In this document: piece after piece, positions 49,900 through 63,409 of the stretch
Layout: each line of letters opens with the position of its first letter
Position numbering within the stretch: position 1 is the first letter of the stretch
From: Octopus bimaculoides
Lineage: Eukaryota
Assembly: GCF_001194135.2 (NCBI RefSeq)
Contig: NC_068993.1
Location: 28,923,536 to 28,987,535 of the forward strand
DNA: 64,000 bases
Direction of reading: 5' to 3'
Program-made: the position numbers and the translations under genes
The notes under the pieces: model-generated
The model's input: the letters and a program-made list of their open reading frames with translations, nothing else
The model's database searches: none
What the model was told of the DNA's origin: nothing

Positions 49900-50910
49900 T
49901 TGATCCCCTTTTGTATAACCAGTTGCCCCATTCCTTGGACCCACTTTCTTTTAACAGCCACCCTTGCTTTAACTATCATTCCTTTCCATTTTATCCTCCA
50001 TCAATCACCCTTTTCTGTCCCACTAGTTATCTCTCCCTAAGCTACATCTTTTAACTGCCATATATCTTTAACACCCTCTCTAATCTGCTACTGACAGATT
50101 CCATGCCCACCCCACCAGTATTTGTCTTCCACTCACTATATCTCCTCTATGTAACTTTGCTCCCTATCTCTGTCATTGTATGTCTTCCTGCACATTATCT
50201 CCCTATTTCTCATCTATCTACAGGTTTATTACACCCTATCTGTACTACCACTTACCACCTATTCTTTTCTGGGTCACTCCTATTCCCCACCACCATGCAC
50301 ACTGATAATTACCATCCACCACACAACTACCTTTGTTCGACATTTATTACATTTACCTTTATCCCAATCTTTAACCATCTGTCACTCTCCTGTCACTCTC
50401 ACAAACTTAGCCACCACCCTTCCTGATCCTTTGTTCACATTTTCTCTCATACTAACCTTCTTGTGCTTTGAGAATATTCCAGATTCCTCATCATCATCAT
50501 TTTTATCCCTCTTTCTAGCTACTTCCATCTACCCTAATATAATGTGGGGTAGCCATGCTATCTCCTCTGTAGCAAGACACCAGTTTCTGTTTTCTTGTCA
50601 TACAGTAGCTTCTCAACACCTTCTATAAAGTCACCTCCCATTCTACTGCATTCCCATTCAGGGGTGGGGGTCTTCTTTCTTGTCTTGCAAGATTCTTCAT
50701 GACCTTACAAGTGCTAATTCTATGAAAAAGTACCTAGTACACTTTGGTTTGTCTACAAGGTGATTAGCATTAAAAAGGATATCCAACCTTAGAAAGAATG
50801 CCAAAGCAGACATTGGAGCTCAATGAGCCTCTTGGTTTGTTGGATCCTGCTGAACTGTTGAACCCATGCAAGCATCAAAGATAGCCATTAAATGATGATG
50901 ATGATGATAA
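49900..50910 (+). mobile_element. Old RTE pyrimidine-rich 3' UTR with (GAT)n tail
   Basis: ggtagccatgctatctcctctgtagcaagacacc matches the reverse complement of 1282-1316; ggacccactttctttt matches the reverse complement near 1815-1830. Confidence 0.7.
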
Positions 50911-51169
50911 TGGAAATCCATACCATCCTTAATCTGAGTTCAAATTCCACTCAGGCATTCCATTACATTTGACTATTTTTTCTGGGATTGTATTGATAAA
51001 ATAAATATCAGTAATATACTTGGGTTAATTCTTAGATAACCTTCTCCTAAAAATGCTGCCCCTGTACCCAGTCTATCGAGACTAGTATCATCATCATCAC
51101 CATTATTATTGGTAGTGGTGGTGGTGGTGGTAGTGTTAATAGTAATTCAAGTCTCTACCATATCTCTTG

Positions 51170-51365
51170 ATGCATTTTAATTGCTGTTGTCATTTAGCTC
51201 GAAGTTAACCCAGATGAAAAACACCTATGATTAAAGACATTCCAGTTATAACCATTTTGTCTTATTTCCTATATGCAGGAAGCTCAAGGTCACACTATTC
51301 AATGTCTCTTTTTCTATGGTAGTGGATTGTAATTTGAAGGAGATATGACTGCTATTTCTAGCGTA
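51170..51365. repeat. Unclassified dispersed repeat; inverted homologous copy at ~52850-52990
   Basis: gtagtggattgtaatttgaaggagat...gctatttctag vs cagaaatagcaaccaaatctcccacaaaccacaccctac. Confidence 0.55.
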
Positions 51366-51760
51366 TAGAACGTCCACATAGAGGTTTCTTTATTTTTTCC
51401 CCTTTTAAAGATCTAAGAAAAATTAAGAGTACATCTATGTTCCCTAATGTAAGTCTTTTAGGAGTGTAGGATTGACTTTGCACTACACCAGTTTTTGTCA
51501 TCCATTTGTTGTATAGAATATGTGTAATGTGAATCGTGTTATTTTTTGTGAAGTGGAGATTGTGTTTAATGAGTACAATGTGAATTGTGTTACATTTTGT
51601 GGCTGGCTGATGATTTTGCTGTGTGGAATGTATTATTCTTATTAGGTGGCACATGTATAGAATATGAGTTGTTGGTGAAGTGTAGGATGTTTTATACTAT
51701 CAGATGTTGGAAGTATGCTGTTTGATTGGGTAGTGATGGTGTAGAATTATGTCTTTCTGT

Positions 51761-52143
51761 TGTTGGCACTCCGTCGCTTACGACGTCGAGGATTCCAGTT
51801 GATCCGATCAACGGAACAGCCTGCTCGTGAAATTAACGTGCAAGTGGCTGAGCAATCCACAGACACGTGTACCCTTAACGTAGTTCTCAGAGATATTCAG
51901 GGTGACACAGTGTGACAAGGCTAACCCTTTGAATTACAGGCACAACAGAAACAAGAAGTAAGAGTGAGAGAAAGTTGTGGTGAAAGAGTACAGCAGGGTT
52001 CACCACCATCCCCCGCCGGAGCCTCGTGGAGCTTTAGGTGTTTTCGCTCAATAAACACTCACAGCGCCCGGTCTGGGAATCGAAACCGCGATCCTATGAC
52101 CGCGAGTCCGCTGCCCTAACCACTGGGCCATTGCACCTCCACT
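51761..52143 (-). mobile_element. Young tRNA-derived SINE (family 3) with 11-bp TSD
   Basis: Head GGAGGTGCAATGGCCCAGTGGTTAGGG...GGTTTCGATTCCC (A and B boxes); TSD tgtctttctgt at 51750-51760 and 52144-52154. Confidence 0.92.
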
Positions 52144-52194
52144 TGTCTTTCTGTATGTAGGTGATATGTAGCAGTTATTATTATTATTATTCTG

Positions 52195-52830
52195 CAGCAA
52201 GCTAGCAGAATCGTTAGCACGCCAGGCAAAATGCTTAACAGTATTTTGTCAGGATTCGTGTTCTGAGTTCAAATTCCGCCAAGGTTGACTTGGCCTTTCA
52301 TCCTTTCAGGGTCAATACAATGAGTACCAGTGAAACACTGGGATCAATGTAATTGACTAATCCCCTCCCCCAAATTTCAGGTCTTGTGCCTTCAACAGAA
52401 ATTATTATTATTATTATTGTTAAGGTAGCAAACTGGGAGAACTGTTAGTATACCAAGCAAAATGCTTGGCAGTATTTCCAATTCTGTGATGATCAACTTT
52501 GCCTTTTAGGTTAGTAAAATAAATACTAGTCAAGTACTGGAGGGTGATGTAATCAACTTTCCCCTCCTCTTAAAAACTGCTATCGCAATGTCAAAATTTG
52601 AAACCATTATTATTGTTACTGTTGTTGCTGTTGCTGAAACAATAGAGTTGCGAATTATATAGCAGAAATAGTTGAATTGTTTTAAGATCTTTCACTTTTG
52701 TTCATTTACCTACATCCTCTGAGTTCAAATCCCACTTCTAAGATCATCTTTTCTTTTCAATCCTTTGACTTTGATAAAACAAATACCAATCATGTAGTTG
52801 TGGGCAGTTGAATTGATTATACACCTTTAC
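52195..52830 (+). mobile_element. Cluster of three family-1 SINEs of increasing decay (52195-52400, 52420-52610, 52640-52830)
   Basis: Repeated gagttcaaat(t/c)cc B-box and gtaccagt/gatgtaat body, separated by (TTA)n tails. Confidence 0.75.
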
Positions 52831-53327
52831 CAGGAAGTTCATACATAGTGACTTGATCTACCAGAAATAGCAACCAAATCTCCCACAAACCACACCCTAC
52901 TATAGTGTAAAAGTAAAGAACACTTTGGGTAATATAGTTTTAAATACTATTAAAAAGACAGGATGGTCATGGCTGGAATGGTCATACTCAATTAGAATGG
53001 AATAAGCAATATATAACAACACGCAAAAAATATTTAAAACTAAAACAAACAAACCCACAAAATTGATCTTTTATGAGTGCAGACCCCCATTCCACTCACC
53101 ATCACAATCACCCAAAACCACTACTACTGGGAAGCAATCTATGTAAATGTGAAGAATTTGAACTGCTTACCCCAACCGTTGATGACCGTTTTCTAAACAT
53201 AATGCCATTTAAAAGAATTTATACCAATTTTTGACCATCACAACAACTTGGTATCCAATTCCTCATTGAAACCATATAAAACTACTGCTCTTTGTAGCAA
53301 TGTAGTTTTTCCCACTGCACCCCGCCC

Positions 53328-53360
<33 letters not shown>

Positions 53361-55184
53361 CATCTTTCTCTCTCTTGCTCTTACTATTTCCAAATGTGTG
53401 TGATGCGTGTGAGTTTAAAATCTGTGATTAAAGAGAGATGGTAGAAAGAGTGAGGGGGAAGAGAGAGAAAGAAACTGTGTGTGTGTGAATGTGAGCATGT
53501 ATGTGTGTATGTATTTTATATGACTTCAGTGTTCATGTATTTGCAACTCCCTATCAAAATTCGCAATATATTTTACAGTATAGATATATCTATAACTGTA
53601 AATATGTGCAGGAGTATTTGCATTTGTGCATGTATATGTCTGTATATGCATATAGATATTTTTGGTGTAATGTATACATATCAACATGTGTATATGTACA
53701 CACACACACATGTGTGAGTGCATATATANNNNNNNNNNTATGTATATATATATATCATCATCATCATTTAACATCCATTTTCCATGCTACACACACAAAT
53801 AAATCTGTGTATATTTACTTCAATGTGTGTGTGTGTGTGTGTGTTTATATGAATATTTAAGGTTATATGTATATATGTGTGTAAAGAAGTATCTACAGAA
53901 ACAAACAAGTGATTATGGCATGAGGAGGAGAGTCTAGATGAGGAAAGGAGAGAGTGTGTGTGTGTAAACATGTGCATGTGTGAGTTCATGTAAGCATGTT
54001 TGCATATGTTTATGTGTGCACATGATTGGGCATGTGTGTATGTGTGTTTGTATTTGTATGTGTGAGACTGTGTATAACCATGTTTGTACATGCATCCACT
54101 TATGTGTATTCATGCATCTTAGTATATATGATCACTTTTGTGTGTGAACATATATGTATATAGTTTTAATGAGTGTGTGTGTGTGTGTGTGTGTGTGAGG
54201 TTTAAGCTGAAATGAGAGAGAAACAAGAAGAGGAGGTTAATGTAGTGCATGTGAGTCAAGGAGAGGGGGAGAGGAAATTGTGGTGAGAGGTGAAAATGTT
54301 CTGATATGGGAAAATGGTAGGGGAAGGTGATGGACCCATAAAAGCTGTGGTCTGCTTTCTAAAGATAACACTAACAAGAACACCATCCTGCATGACCCTC
54401 CTCTGGAAGGGGAGGAGGAGNNNNNNNNNNGGGGAGGAATTTAAAATTGTAAAATTGCATGCATAGCTGAGCTGTATGTTTAAGTAGTTCACATAGTTCT
54501 GGATTTGAGCCTACAGCATGGCACCTTGAACAAGTGTCTTCAACTACAGTTTTGTGATAACCCAGCATTTCTCTAACTTTTAACAATGACCCCTTGCTAT
54601 AATTCAACAGTATTAGGTATGTTGCCAAAATTGCTACCAGCAGATTGATCACCAATAAAAGATTTCTTGCACTTAAGTAATTACATAATATAATATGGAA
54701 TGGGAAAACAACATTTTGACCATAAATATTACCAGAGAATTGCAGCTACCATTTTACTGTGGGCAAATAAGTGAATCATTTACTCTTCTCCATGCAACAA
54801 TGCAAACAACTGAAGGCAAATGGACTTGAGGATTAGCCAAACTGCTTTTTGTATATGTTATGAGTTATGTATGAAATATATGTAAACTTTACCTTTTTCA
54901 TTTTTTACATCCTTTGATTTTTATTCACATATTTGGCAATTTTCATTGCTAAACCATGAACAACATCATGGCTATCAATTTATTAAAATTTCCATTAATT
55001 TTGATATGGGATGAAGTGTAAAACATACACCAGTTATTAAACTTCCTTTATCGCAGTATTATCCAGTTTTTGTCATCTATACAAGCTGTTACACACTTGA
55101 TGGATTGCACTACGCTATAACTTATATATATACATGCTTTAGAGTTACCACCAAAATTCACTACATATAGAAAGGTCAGAAAAA

Positions 55185-57630
55185 TTGATTGTTTATCTGA
55201 GATTGAAAAAAAACGTTCTTAAAATTAAGATGGAGGTTAGGACAATACAAAACAACAACAATACAAATATGGATCCATGTACAAACAACAACAATAGTGG
55301 CAATAACAATAACAACAATGATAACCACAACATTCCCTATTCAAACAACTATAACAACAACAACACAAACATACAAAACCAAAACAACAATGATAACGAT
55401 GATAATAGCAACAACAACAGCACCCCACATGCAGACAACAATACCAACCACATCATACATATTACTACCAACAACACCACCCACATCAACACCAACACCA
55501 TCACCCACAACAACAACGACAATAGACACAACACAAACACTACCACCACCACCACCACCACCACCACTAGGAACAACAATACCAGCAACAACCACAATGA
55601 TAATAACACCCTACACTCTGTCTTCTATAACCCTAACAACAAATCATACGACATGACGAGGATCTACCGCACAGACTTACCCTTCAACAAAAGGGTATGT
55701 ATCCCACCCCAAATTGACAGTGAGACAGAAGCAAAGATTTCCTTAGCTAGAAATAGACTCTGACAAATCTGGTTCAACAAAACCACTAAAAAACATAATG
55801 AAGAGGAGACCCACCAGCTCAGTTCATCTGTTGCCAAAGGCCTACTAAAACTGAAACAACAAATTAGGAACAGAGAATTAGTGTGCCTTCCTACAGACAA
55901 GTCTGGCAGACTGTCAATAGACAGTCCACAGAACTATGTCCAGACCAGTAGCATGAGAGAAGTTGCACAACAGGAACATGAAAGAGTGGAAAAACTCCTC
56001 AATGCACACATGGGAATGTGGTGCAACATACTCCAACCCAAGAAACGGACTGCACATAATTCCAAGCATTCAACAATGATGTTCCTACACTATATGGGTT
56101 ACGTAAAGACCATAAACCCTGTTATGGGGCTCCTAACCCGACCAGTATGAGGAGTGAACACTTCCAGCAATTATAGACTATCCTACTTCCTCTCACAGGT
56201 ATTACTACCACTCACTGAAATGTCCCCAGATGTCTGTGTGAGCACAGAGGATCTCCTCAGTAGAATCAGTAGTTGCAACCACCCCAACAACCTCACAGGT
56301 TGTGTAGTGGGTAGCATAGATGTAATTTCACTGTACTCATTTATAGACACAGATTTTGCCGTGAAAAAAATGCATTGAGATTATCTGTGAGAGTGAAGTA
56401 GAATTCCGTGAAGTCAATGTGAAGGAACTGGGACTCCTCCTAAGCTATGACAGTAACTATCTAGACAATCATGACCTTAGTAGATACTGCCCCACCCGGT
56501 CACAGAGGGGAAGACCACCCACCATCACCTCAGCAGTGAAGAAAAGCACTGGGGTGGCTGGACCATATCCACCCAGGACTCCGAGAACAACAATCAGGTG
56601 AAAAGAATGATTGCACATGCAATAGGGGCTAGCATAAGAACCACCTCAAAGAATCACATAGTGAAGTTTAACAGGAAGCTATACATGCAGGCTCAAGGTG
56701 CAGCCATTTGTATCAGTGTAGCTGGAGATGTGGCCAGCCTCTTCATGATCTGGTGGGACAGAAGACTCAAACAGTCCTTAGCAGAACAGTCCACAACTCT
56801 TTTTATTTACTGTAGTTATGTAGACAACATTAATATTCTAGTTAAGACCAACTCTAGTAACGGTAATGCAGAAACCAAGAGGAACATAATGGAGAGCATC
56901 CAGTATGTAGCTAACTCCATCCACCAAAGTATCAAGGTAAGTATAGATTACCCCACTAGGCACCCTAACAATAGGCTCCCCATCCTTGATATTGGACTTT
57001 GGTTAGAGATGGTGAACAACAGAATGCAGTTCCTCCACTCCTATTACATGAAACCCATAGCCTCGAAATACATTGTTCACAAGAACTCAGCTTTGTCACA
57101 CAACATGAAAATCAACATACTGATAGCTGACTTAGGATAATGAACAACGTGTTCCCACTATGCAAACCCTATGAAACAAAGAAACATGTACAGAATTTCA
57201 TGCACCACATGCAATTCTCTGGATATGATCAGAAAGATAGGGTTCAGGTATACAGGGTTGCTAGAAAGAAGTTAGATAACATCATATGTAATGAAACCAG
57301 TGGTACCTGCCCTAGATATAGAATTAAAGACTGGAATAGAATACAAAGGGTTTGTGACAATGCAAACAGGGTGAACACGTGGTACAAGACTGACAAATAT
57401 CAAGGAGTGATGTTTGTAGAGGCCACAGCCATTGGAGAACTAGCCTGTAGATTTAGGAGAGCTCCGAAGGGGACCAAGCTCAAAATTAAGATTGTTAAAA
57501 AGCCAGGGAGATCCATCAGATCACAACAATGTAAGGAAGTACCTCTTTGAGAATACCACATGCACCAATGATAATTTCATGGTATGTAGGATTAACCCTG
57601 GCATTAACTGCAGAACTAGAACTGCAGTCG
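55185..57630 (+). mobile_element. Penelope-like retroelement (non-Naiad RT), endonuclease lost
   Basis: GSIDVISLYS, QGAAICISVAGDVASLFMIWWD, YVDN, LPILD, MQFSGY, VMFVEATAIGELA. It is preceded by an Asn/Thr-rich (AAC) tract and truncated at CRTRTAV. Confidence 0.85.
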
Positions 57631-57700
57631 ACAGTCTGCCCCGACATCTGAAACTCTGAGTTTTATCATGGCTACCGAATAATTGTCACATATTATTTAC

Positions 57701-57739
<39 letters not shown>

Positions 57740-57742
<3 letters not shown>

Positions 57743-57886
57743 TCATCATCATCGTCGTTTAACGTCTGCTTTCCATTCTAGCATGGGTTGGACGATTTGA
57801 CTGAGGACTGGTGGACCAGGAGGCGACACCAGGCTCCAATCTGATTTGGCAGAGTTTCCACAGCTGGATGCCCTTCCTAACGCCAG
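57740..57886 (-). mobile_element. RTE 3' terminal stub between (TA)n and (TG)n
   Basis: (cat)n gtttaacgtctgctttccattctagcatggg...ctggatgcccttcctaacgcca. Confidence 0.9.
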
Positions 57887-57906
57887 TGTGTGTGTGTGTG
57901 TGTGTG

Positions 57907-60445
57907 TATCTGTAAATAATATGTGACAATTATTCGGTAGCCATGATAAAACTCCGAGTTTCAGATGTCGGGGCGGAAACCCACGCCGCCATCTCTTCAG
58001 TTATCTAGCCATCGAAAAAATGCTATGAAAATGACCATTAACCAAAGGGAAATTACTGTGTGATTGACCGTTATTAAGACAAAAGACTATTAGAATGACC
58101 GCTAAGTGAGGGGATGGAGTATAAATGTCCATAGTATTCGCGTAAGCACAACAGTCCATACATACACATGCGCACTCGTACACCCATGTACATGCGCCTA
58201 TATGTATATACTCATCCACCCTCACTTGAAACACACACATGCTCATCCACACATTCACCAAAAAATATATACATACCCGCATACACGCTCGCACACCCTC
58301 ACACGCACGCGCAACACGCTCGCACACATACACACGCACACAAAAAAGGTTCATACACACATTTATATATGCACATGCACAAGGAAAAACAGGGTTAAAG
58401 ACAAAATACAGAAAAAAGTGTAAAAAAGCAATAAGGGTAAAACACGTCTATATACACACATTCTCGCATGCACGCACACACATCTATATATGCATGTACC
58501 CGCACACATGCACACATCTACAAGCGTGCACAAAAGGTTCCATGTACATGTCTATTTATGCACTGGAAAAATGCAGGGTGGAAGGTAGAATACAGAAAAA
58601 ATATGTGTAAAAAATATATGAGCGATTAACCTATAAAACAATATCTCTATAAATATGTAAAAAAATATAAAACAAAAATTAGTAAAAAGTATAGAGAGAT
58701 AAAAAAGCTTGTACACAGACACAATATCGAAAGCAAGTCCTATCTGTAATCTTGGTGGGACTAAAAATGTAACAAATACTTAGCCACATATGGACATGAT
58801 CCAAAAAGTTCAGTTCTTGAATTTAGATATGTGGTGGGGTCTAAGCTGCCTTTCCAGATGAACTGTCTTTCCATGTCACAAAGAGTGCACTTTCCGCTGC
58901 TGTTGGTGTAGGGCTTACACTTGGCTAAGATCTTCCAATGGATGTTGTAACTGACACCTTTATCTTTTAAGGACCATATATGACTGGATAATTTGGTCGT
59001 TTTCCTCTTATCCCAGTGCCTGAAACTCAAGGTGTGATTATTGAACCTGGCCTTGAAATTACCCTCTGTAAAGCTCACGTATTTCTTCATCAAAACTGTG
59101 TCCTTAGTGGATATAGAGTCCACGGTGGCTTCATAAATGATGGTCTCGGACATGCAAGCTCCATTTAGCGGGCACAAATTTTTATCCCTGCATGAACAGC
59201 TGGTTTCATATTGTAGTTTTTGTGTGNNNNNNNNNNNNNNNNNNNNNNNNNNNNNNNNNNNNNNNNNNNNNNNNNNNNNNNNNNNNNNNNNNNNNNNNNN
59301 NNNNNNNNNNNNNNNNNNNNNNNNNNNNNNNNNNNNNNGTGTGCGATTATATTTTAAAAATTAGTAGTTGAGCTGAAACTGATTTTTAAGTTATGTCTAT
59401 TGAAGAGCTTTCTGTAACTATGGTTGACTGGAAAATGTCTATCTATCAGTGCTAAGAAATACTTGCCTATATTAAAGGTCACTTCGGGTGAGTAGGGGTG
59501 TGTGAACCAGATAGTTTTCCTATTTCTATGTTTTCTTTTCTTTATTACTGGACTGGTGGCAGGTGTATAGGTTATTTCCTCGCTAAAACCACTATCTTTT
59601 AGAGCCTTATTATATACTGGGGCAACGCAATTAAAGATGTCCCTATTGGAGGAGAGGCTAGAAATTCTTTTGCTAATGTTTTTAACTAAATTTTTAAACA
59701 CTATGGGGGGATGGCAGGAACCCACATTAATATAACTAAATCTATCATTGGGCTTCCTATAAGGTTTATAAATATTCATATCTAGATCTAAGGATACATC
59801 TAGGTAGTTGACAAACGTCAGGTTGGTATCTGTAGTTATACTAAGGCCGAAAGTTTTCATTAAATGGATAATGTCCTTCCTAAACCGATCTTGTGCTGCC
59901 CCATTGGTATTTGCGGTTAAAGCTAGGGCATCATCTTTGTAAATGGCGAACTATACATCAGGAAAGGTCTTGCCCAATGTATCGAGTAGATATAGTCCAA
60001 TAAGATCACATATGCCTGCTCCATCATATGACCCTATGCTCAAATCGAAAGCACCCTCTGTATCGGTAGTCTTGACCTACTCTGCGTTCTCGCTGAAGAG
60101 TAAAATCTTTCTAGCATGGAAGATTATGTCCTTATCACGTGTACTGATTTCTATGAATTCGCTTGCAAAGTGAGGGCTTTATCTAGCAGTTCTTTAGAGA
60201 TAGAGGCATACAACTCGACAATACAGAATTGCATGAATCTCGCTTTATTCTTATTCTTAATGGCTTTAAACCAGTCAACAACTTCTATTCTATTGGACCA
60301 TTGTACTAACCTAGTGGCATTCCTGACTTTTGCATTGATTTTTCCTAAAATTTCTTTACTAATAATGCCAAGTTCTGATTTAGCAGGGTTAATAAGACTA
60401 CATTTAGGATTATATAGGAAGTTATTTTTATGTTGTCTTACCTTT
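57907..60445 (-). mobile_element. Penelope-like retroelement, Naiad-type, with 3' pseudo-LTR
   Basis: CSLINPAKSELG, GSYDGAGICDLIGLYLL, IYKDD, VNYLDVSLDL, WFTHPYS, CPLNGAC..IIYEATV, CTLCDMER, LNSRTEL. The 3' UTR carries a hammerhead motif; the 5' end is truncated at (TA)n(GA)n. Confidence 0.92.
57940..58009 (-). ncRNA. Type I hammerhead ribozyme motif, apparently intact
   Basis: gcuagauaa-CUGAAGA-stem II (11 pairs, guuu loop)-u-GAAA-cucggag-UU-uuaucauggc. Confidence 0.8.
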
Positions 60446-60450
60446 TCTAT

Positions 60451-60519
<69 letters not shown>

Positions 60520-60583
60520 AAGGCACACACACACTGTAAAACTGGATGTTGCAAACTTTCAGACACTAGCTGTTACATTAGAC

Positions 60584-60764
60584 CAGGGTTCCCCAAACTT
60601 TTTAGACCATTGACCTTTTCATGAAATCCTTGACCCCTCATCAACTCTCAGGTATGTACAAGAAAATAAATAAATAATAATAGTAAGTACATGTGCATTT
60701 ATCAACCCCTTGAATAGTCCCATCGACTTCCAGGAGTCAATATCAACCACATTGGAGACCCCTG
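60584..60764. mobile_element. hAT (Charlie-like) MITE
   Basis: TIR cagggttccccaa / ttggagacccctg; exact 8-bp TSD cattagac (60576-60583, 60765-60772). Confidence 0.9.
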
Positions 60765-61349
60765 CATTAGACAAACTGGTACAACACTCTCATGTAAGCT
60801 CACCATGCACCAGCAACATGGAGTTATTGCACATTATACCACACACCACAAAATGAAATTAGGTAGGAAGATGGTAGAGGAAAATGCATAATTTATAAAA
60901 TTCCATGCAAAAACACAAAATTAATTGAAAAATAAAAAACATACACATATCACAATACAATGCCAAAATTAGAAGGCAGACACAAATATGACATAAACAA
61001 ATAAAAAATAAAATTAAAACCTAAATGTCAAAATTTGGCTGCAACAAACAAAAATGCATGTGATTTTGATGCACAACACTAACAGTAAAAAAACCTTTAG
61101 AGGAAAAGTCTACACAAATTCAATCAGTGTATAAGAAACAACACAAGTGCCACATACATTCAATTCAATTCATGATGATGGCTACTGTGAAGGTCTAGAG
61201 ATATTGTATATCAATTTAGGAACCCTATTATTCTAAACAAACAATGCAAAAGAAAATATGAAATATATAAAATAAAAAAGATAAAACACTTAACATATCT
61301 GTGTATTTAGTGAAACATGTATAAAAGAAAAGCTGTTCTCATTTTAAGA

Positions 61350-62990
61350 CTGGCTGTCCCTGGGAGCTACTATATGATTTTGTTCTCATGGTGGAATCTG
61401 TAACAGAACCAGAAAATGAATCCTAGGTATGGAAGTAAAACCTGGAATTGAAGGGCCTTAAACTTAGCAAAAACAAAAGTCCTAGTAAGTAGGAAAACAG
61501 GCAAGACTCTATATTTGCAGGTAAAAAGCCCTGCTTGACATGTAGGATAGGTGCAGGCAGGAACTCCATAGTGTACTCCAGTGCAAGCTACAGGAACACA
61601 AGAGGTATAAATAAATCACAGGAAGGTTAACCAGAGAGAGTAAAGTTTGTAAGTAGAAGATGCATGGGAGCCATAAAGACTAAAGATACACAAGAACTTT
61701 AATTTTTGCAAATATCCTGGAGGCTCCTTAGAAGAAATAGTTTCTGTTATCTAGATGATCTAATTAGCAGCGAAGGAGGGTGTTCTGAGAGTGTAGATGC
61801 TAGAATAAGAATGGGGAAGTTCAAAGAGCTATTACCTTTGTTGGCAACAAAAGGTCTTTCACACTGAGTGAAAAGCAGTTTGTACGATGCTTGTGTACAA
61901 GCAGCAATGTTATCTGGTAGTGAGACATGGGCATGAATGCAGAAAACATGAAAACTAGAGAGTAATAAAGCTAGTATACTCCATTGGATGTCCAATGTCA
62001 GTGTGTACAACAAAGTGTTAATGCATTGAGACAAAAATTATGCATAAAAGGAATTAGATGTAGTGTGCAAGAGAGAAGACTGTGCTGATATGGCTATGTT
62101 ATGTGTATAGACAAGGACAGCTACATAAAGAAGCACCATTCACTAAAAGTAGATGGAATTATGGAAGAAAGAGACCCAAGATGACATGGGACAATCTAGT
62201 GAAAGCTGATCTCAAGACATTTAATTGGCAATTTGCTGTGCTTGAGAAAACCTTTCCATCACAGCAAAAGTGATATCCTAACACCACTTGGTATGCATGT
62301 ATGTGCACGAACCTTCTCCCCTCTCTTTGCCCTGTCAAGCGTTTTTCTCAATTCTCATCACCTAACAGCTATCACTCTCCTGTCTATGGTACCGCTTGGC
62401 AGATGTAGTCACCTGAGAGCAGAAACATTACATCGCCTCCTTTCTGGTTACCTCCACCTCATCACCCCTTCCCTTGGAACCACTTCTATCTTTCATTATC
62501 ATCTCCACCCACACTATTTCCACCAATCGCCCCCTTTTGTACCTTCAGCCACTGATTTCTCTCCTCTCTTCTCTGCTTTACTCCATTCTTAACACCTCTC
62601 TTATCTGCTATCATTCTCAATGCCCTCTCATTTCTGCTATCATGCCCCACTTACTATAGCCCCTTTATGTACCTCTATGTCTACCTTTCCACTGCTCCTA
62701 CACCTTGCACATCATTCTACTTCTTCCTGATGTATTCTCCTCCCTTAACCACTCCCATATCTCTCAGTTTACACCTCTACATATGGGTATTTCCCTCAAC
62801 CACACTTCCACCCTAATATTTTACTATCTGTTACTCCCCACTCATACTCTATGAAAGCATCAACTCTCTCCTCCCTTCATATGATCCACTGCCCTGTACT
62901 CTCTCTTATGTTTGCCTTCATGTACCTTAAGAGTTTGCTCTGGCACTCCATCACTACCTACCTTTTCTTTCCTTCTCAATTACTTCCACC
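61350..62990 (+). mobile_element. Old RTE LINE 3' half with pyrimidine-rich 3' UTR
   Basis: GCPWELLY-DFVLM, Cys finger remnant, ARIRMGKFKELLPLL, MLSGSETW, RKRPKMTWD, then UTR homologous to the reverse complement of 1300-2040. Confidence 0.85.
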
Positions 62991-63409
62991 ACCCTCTATA
63001 TGTAATAGTGGGTAGCAGCCACGTAACCAGCCGATTGCAACTGGGGGTGCTATCTTGATAGCTGGGGGTGCTGAACAGGAGTACGGACAAAAGCCCCTAC
63101 TTAAAGTGTGAAAGTGGACAAAAGCCCCATGCTTATATTTTTCAGTTACTTTTTCATTTTTTTTTTTCACATTTCTTGACGCCTAGCCTGGTCAAAACTT
63201 CTGATAATATATTTCGTTTTTATTTCCATTATATATATATATTTATATATNNNNNNNNNNNNNNNNNNNNNNNNNNNNNNNNNNNNNNNNNNNNNNNNNN
63301 NNNNNNNNNNNNNNNNNNNNNNNNNNNNNNNNNNNNNNNNNNNNNNNNNNNNNNNNNNNNNNNNNNNNNNNNNNNNNNNNNNNNNNNNNNNNTATATATA
63401 TATATATAT

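Noticed and set aside
52060-52141. Possible genuine tRNA gene
   Set aside because: It is the head of a 380-bp SINE with a TSD, and no convincing acceptor stem forms.
53481-58610. Short ORFs rich in C/V/Y/I/H/T and poly-V/poly-L antisense ORFs
   Set aside because: They are translations of CA/TA/AAC simple repeats.
59860-60160. In-frame stops in the Naiad RT as possible selenocysteine codons (some Naiads are selenoproteins)
   Set aside because: The in-frame stops here are TAG, not TGA, and a frameshift is also present; this is ordinary decay.
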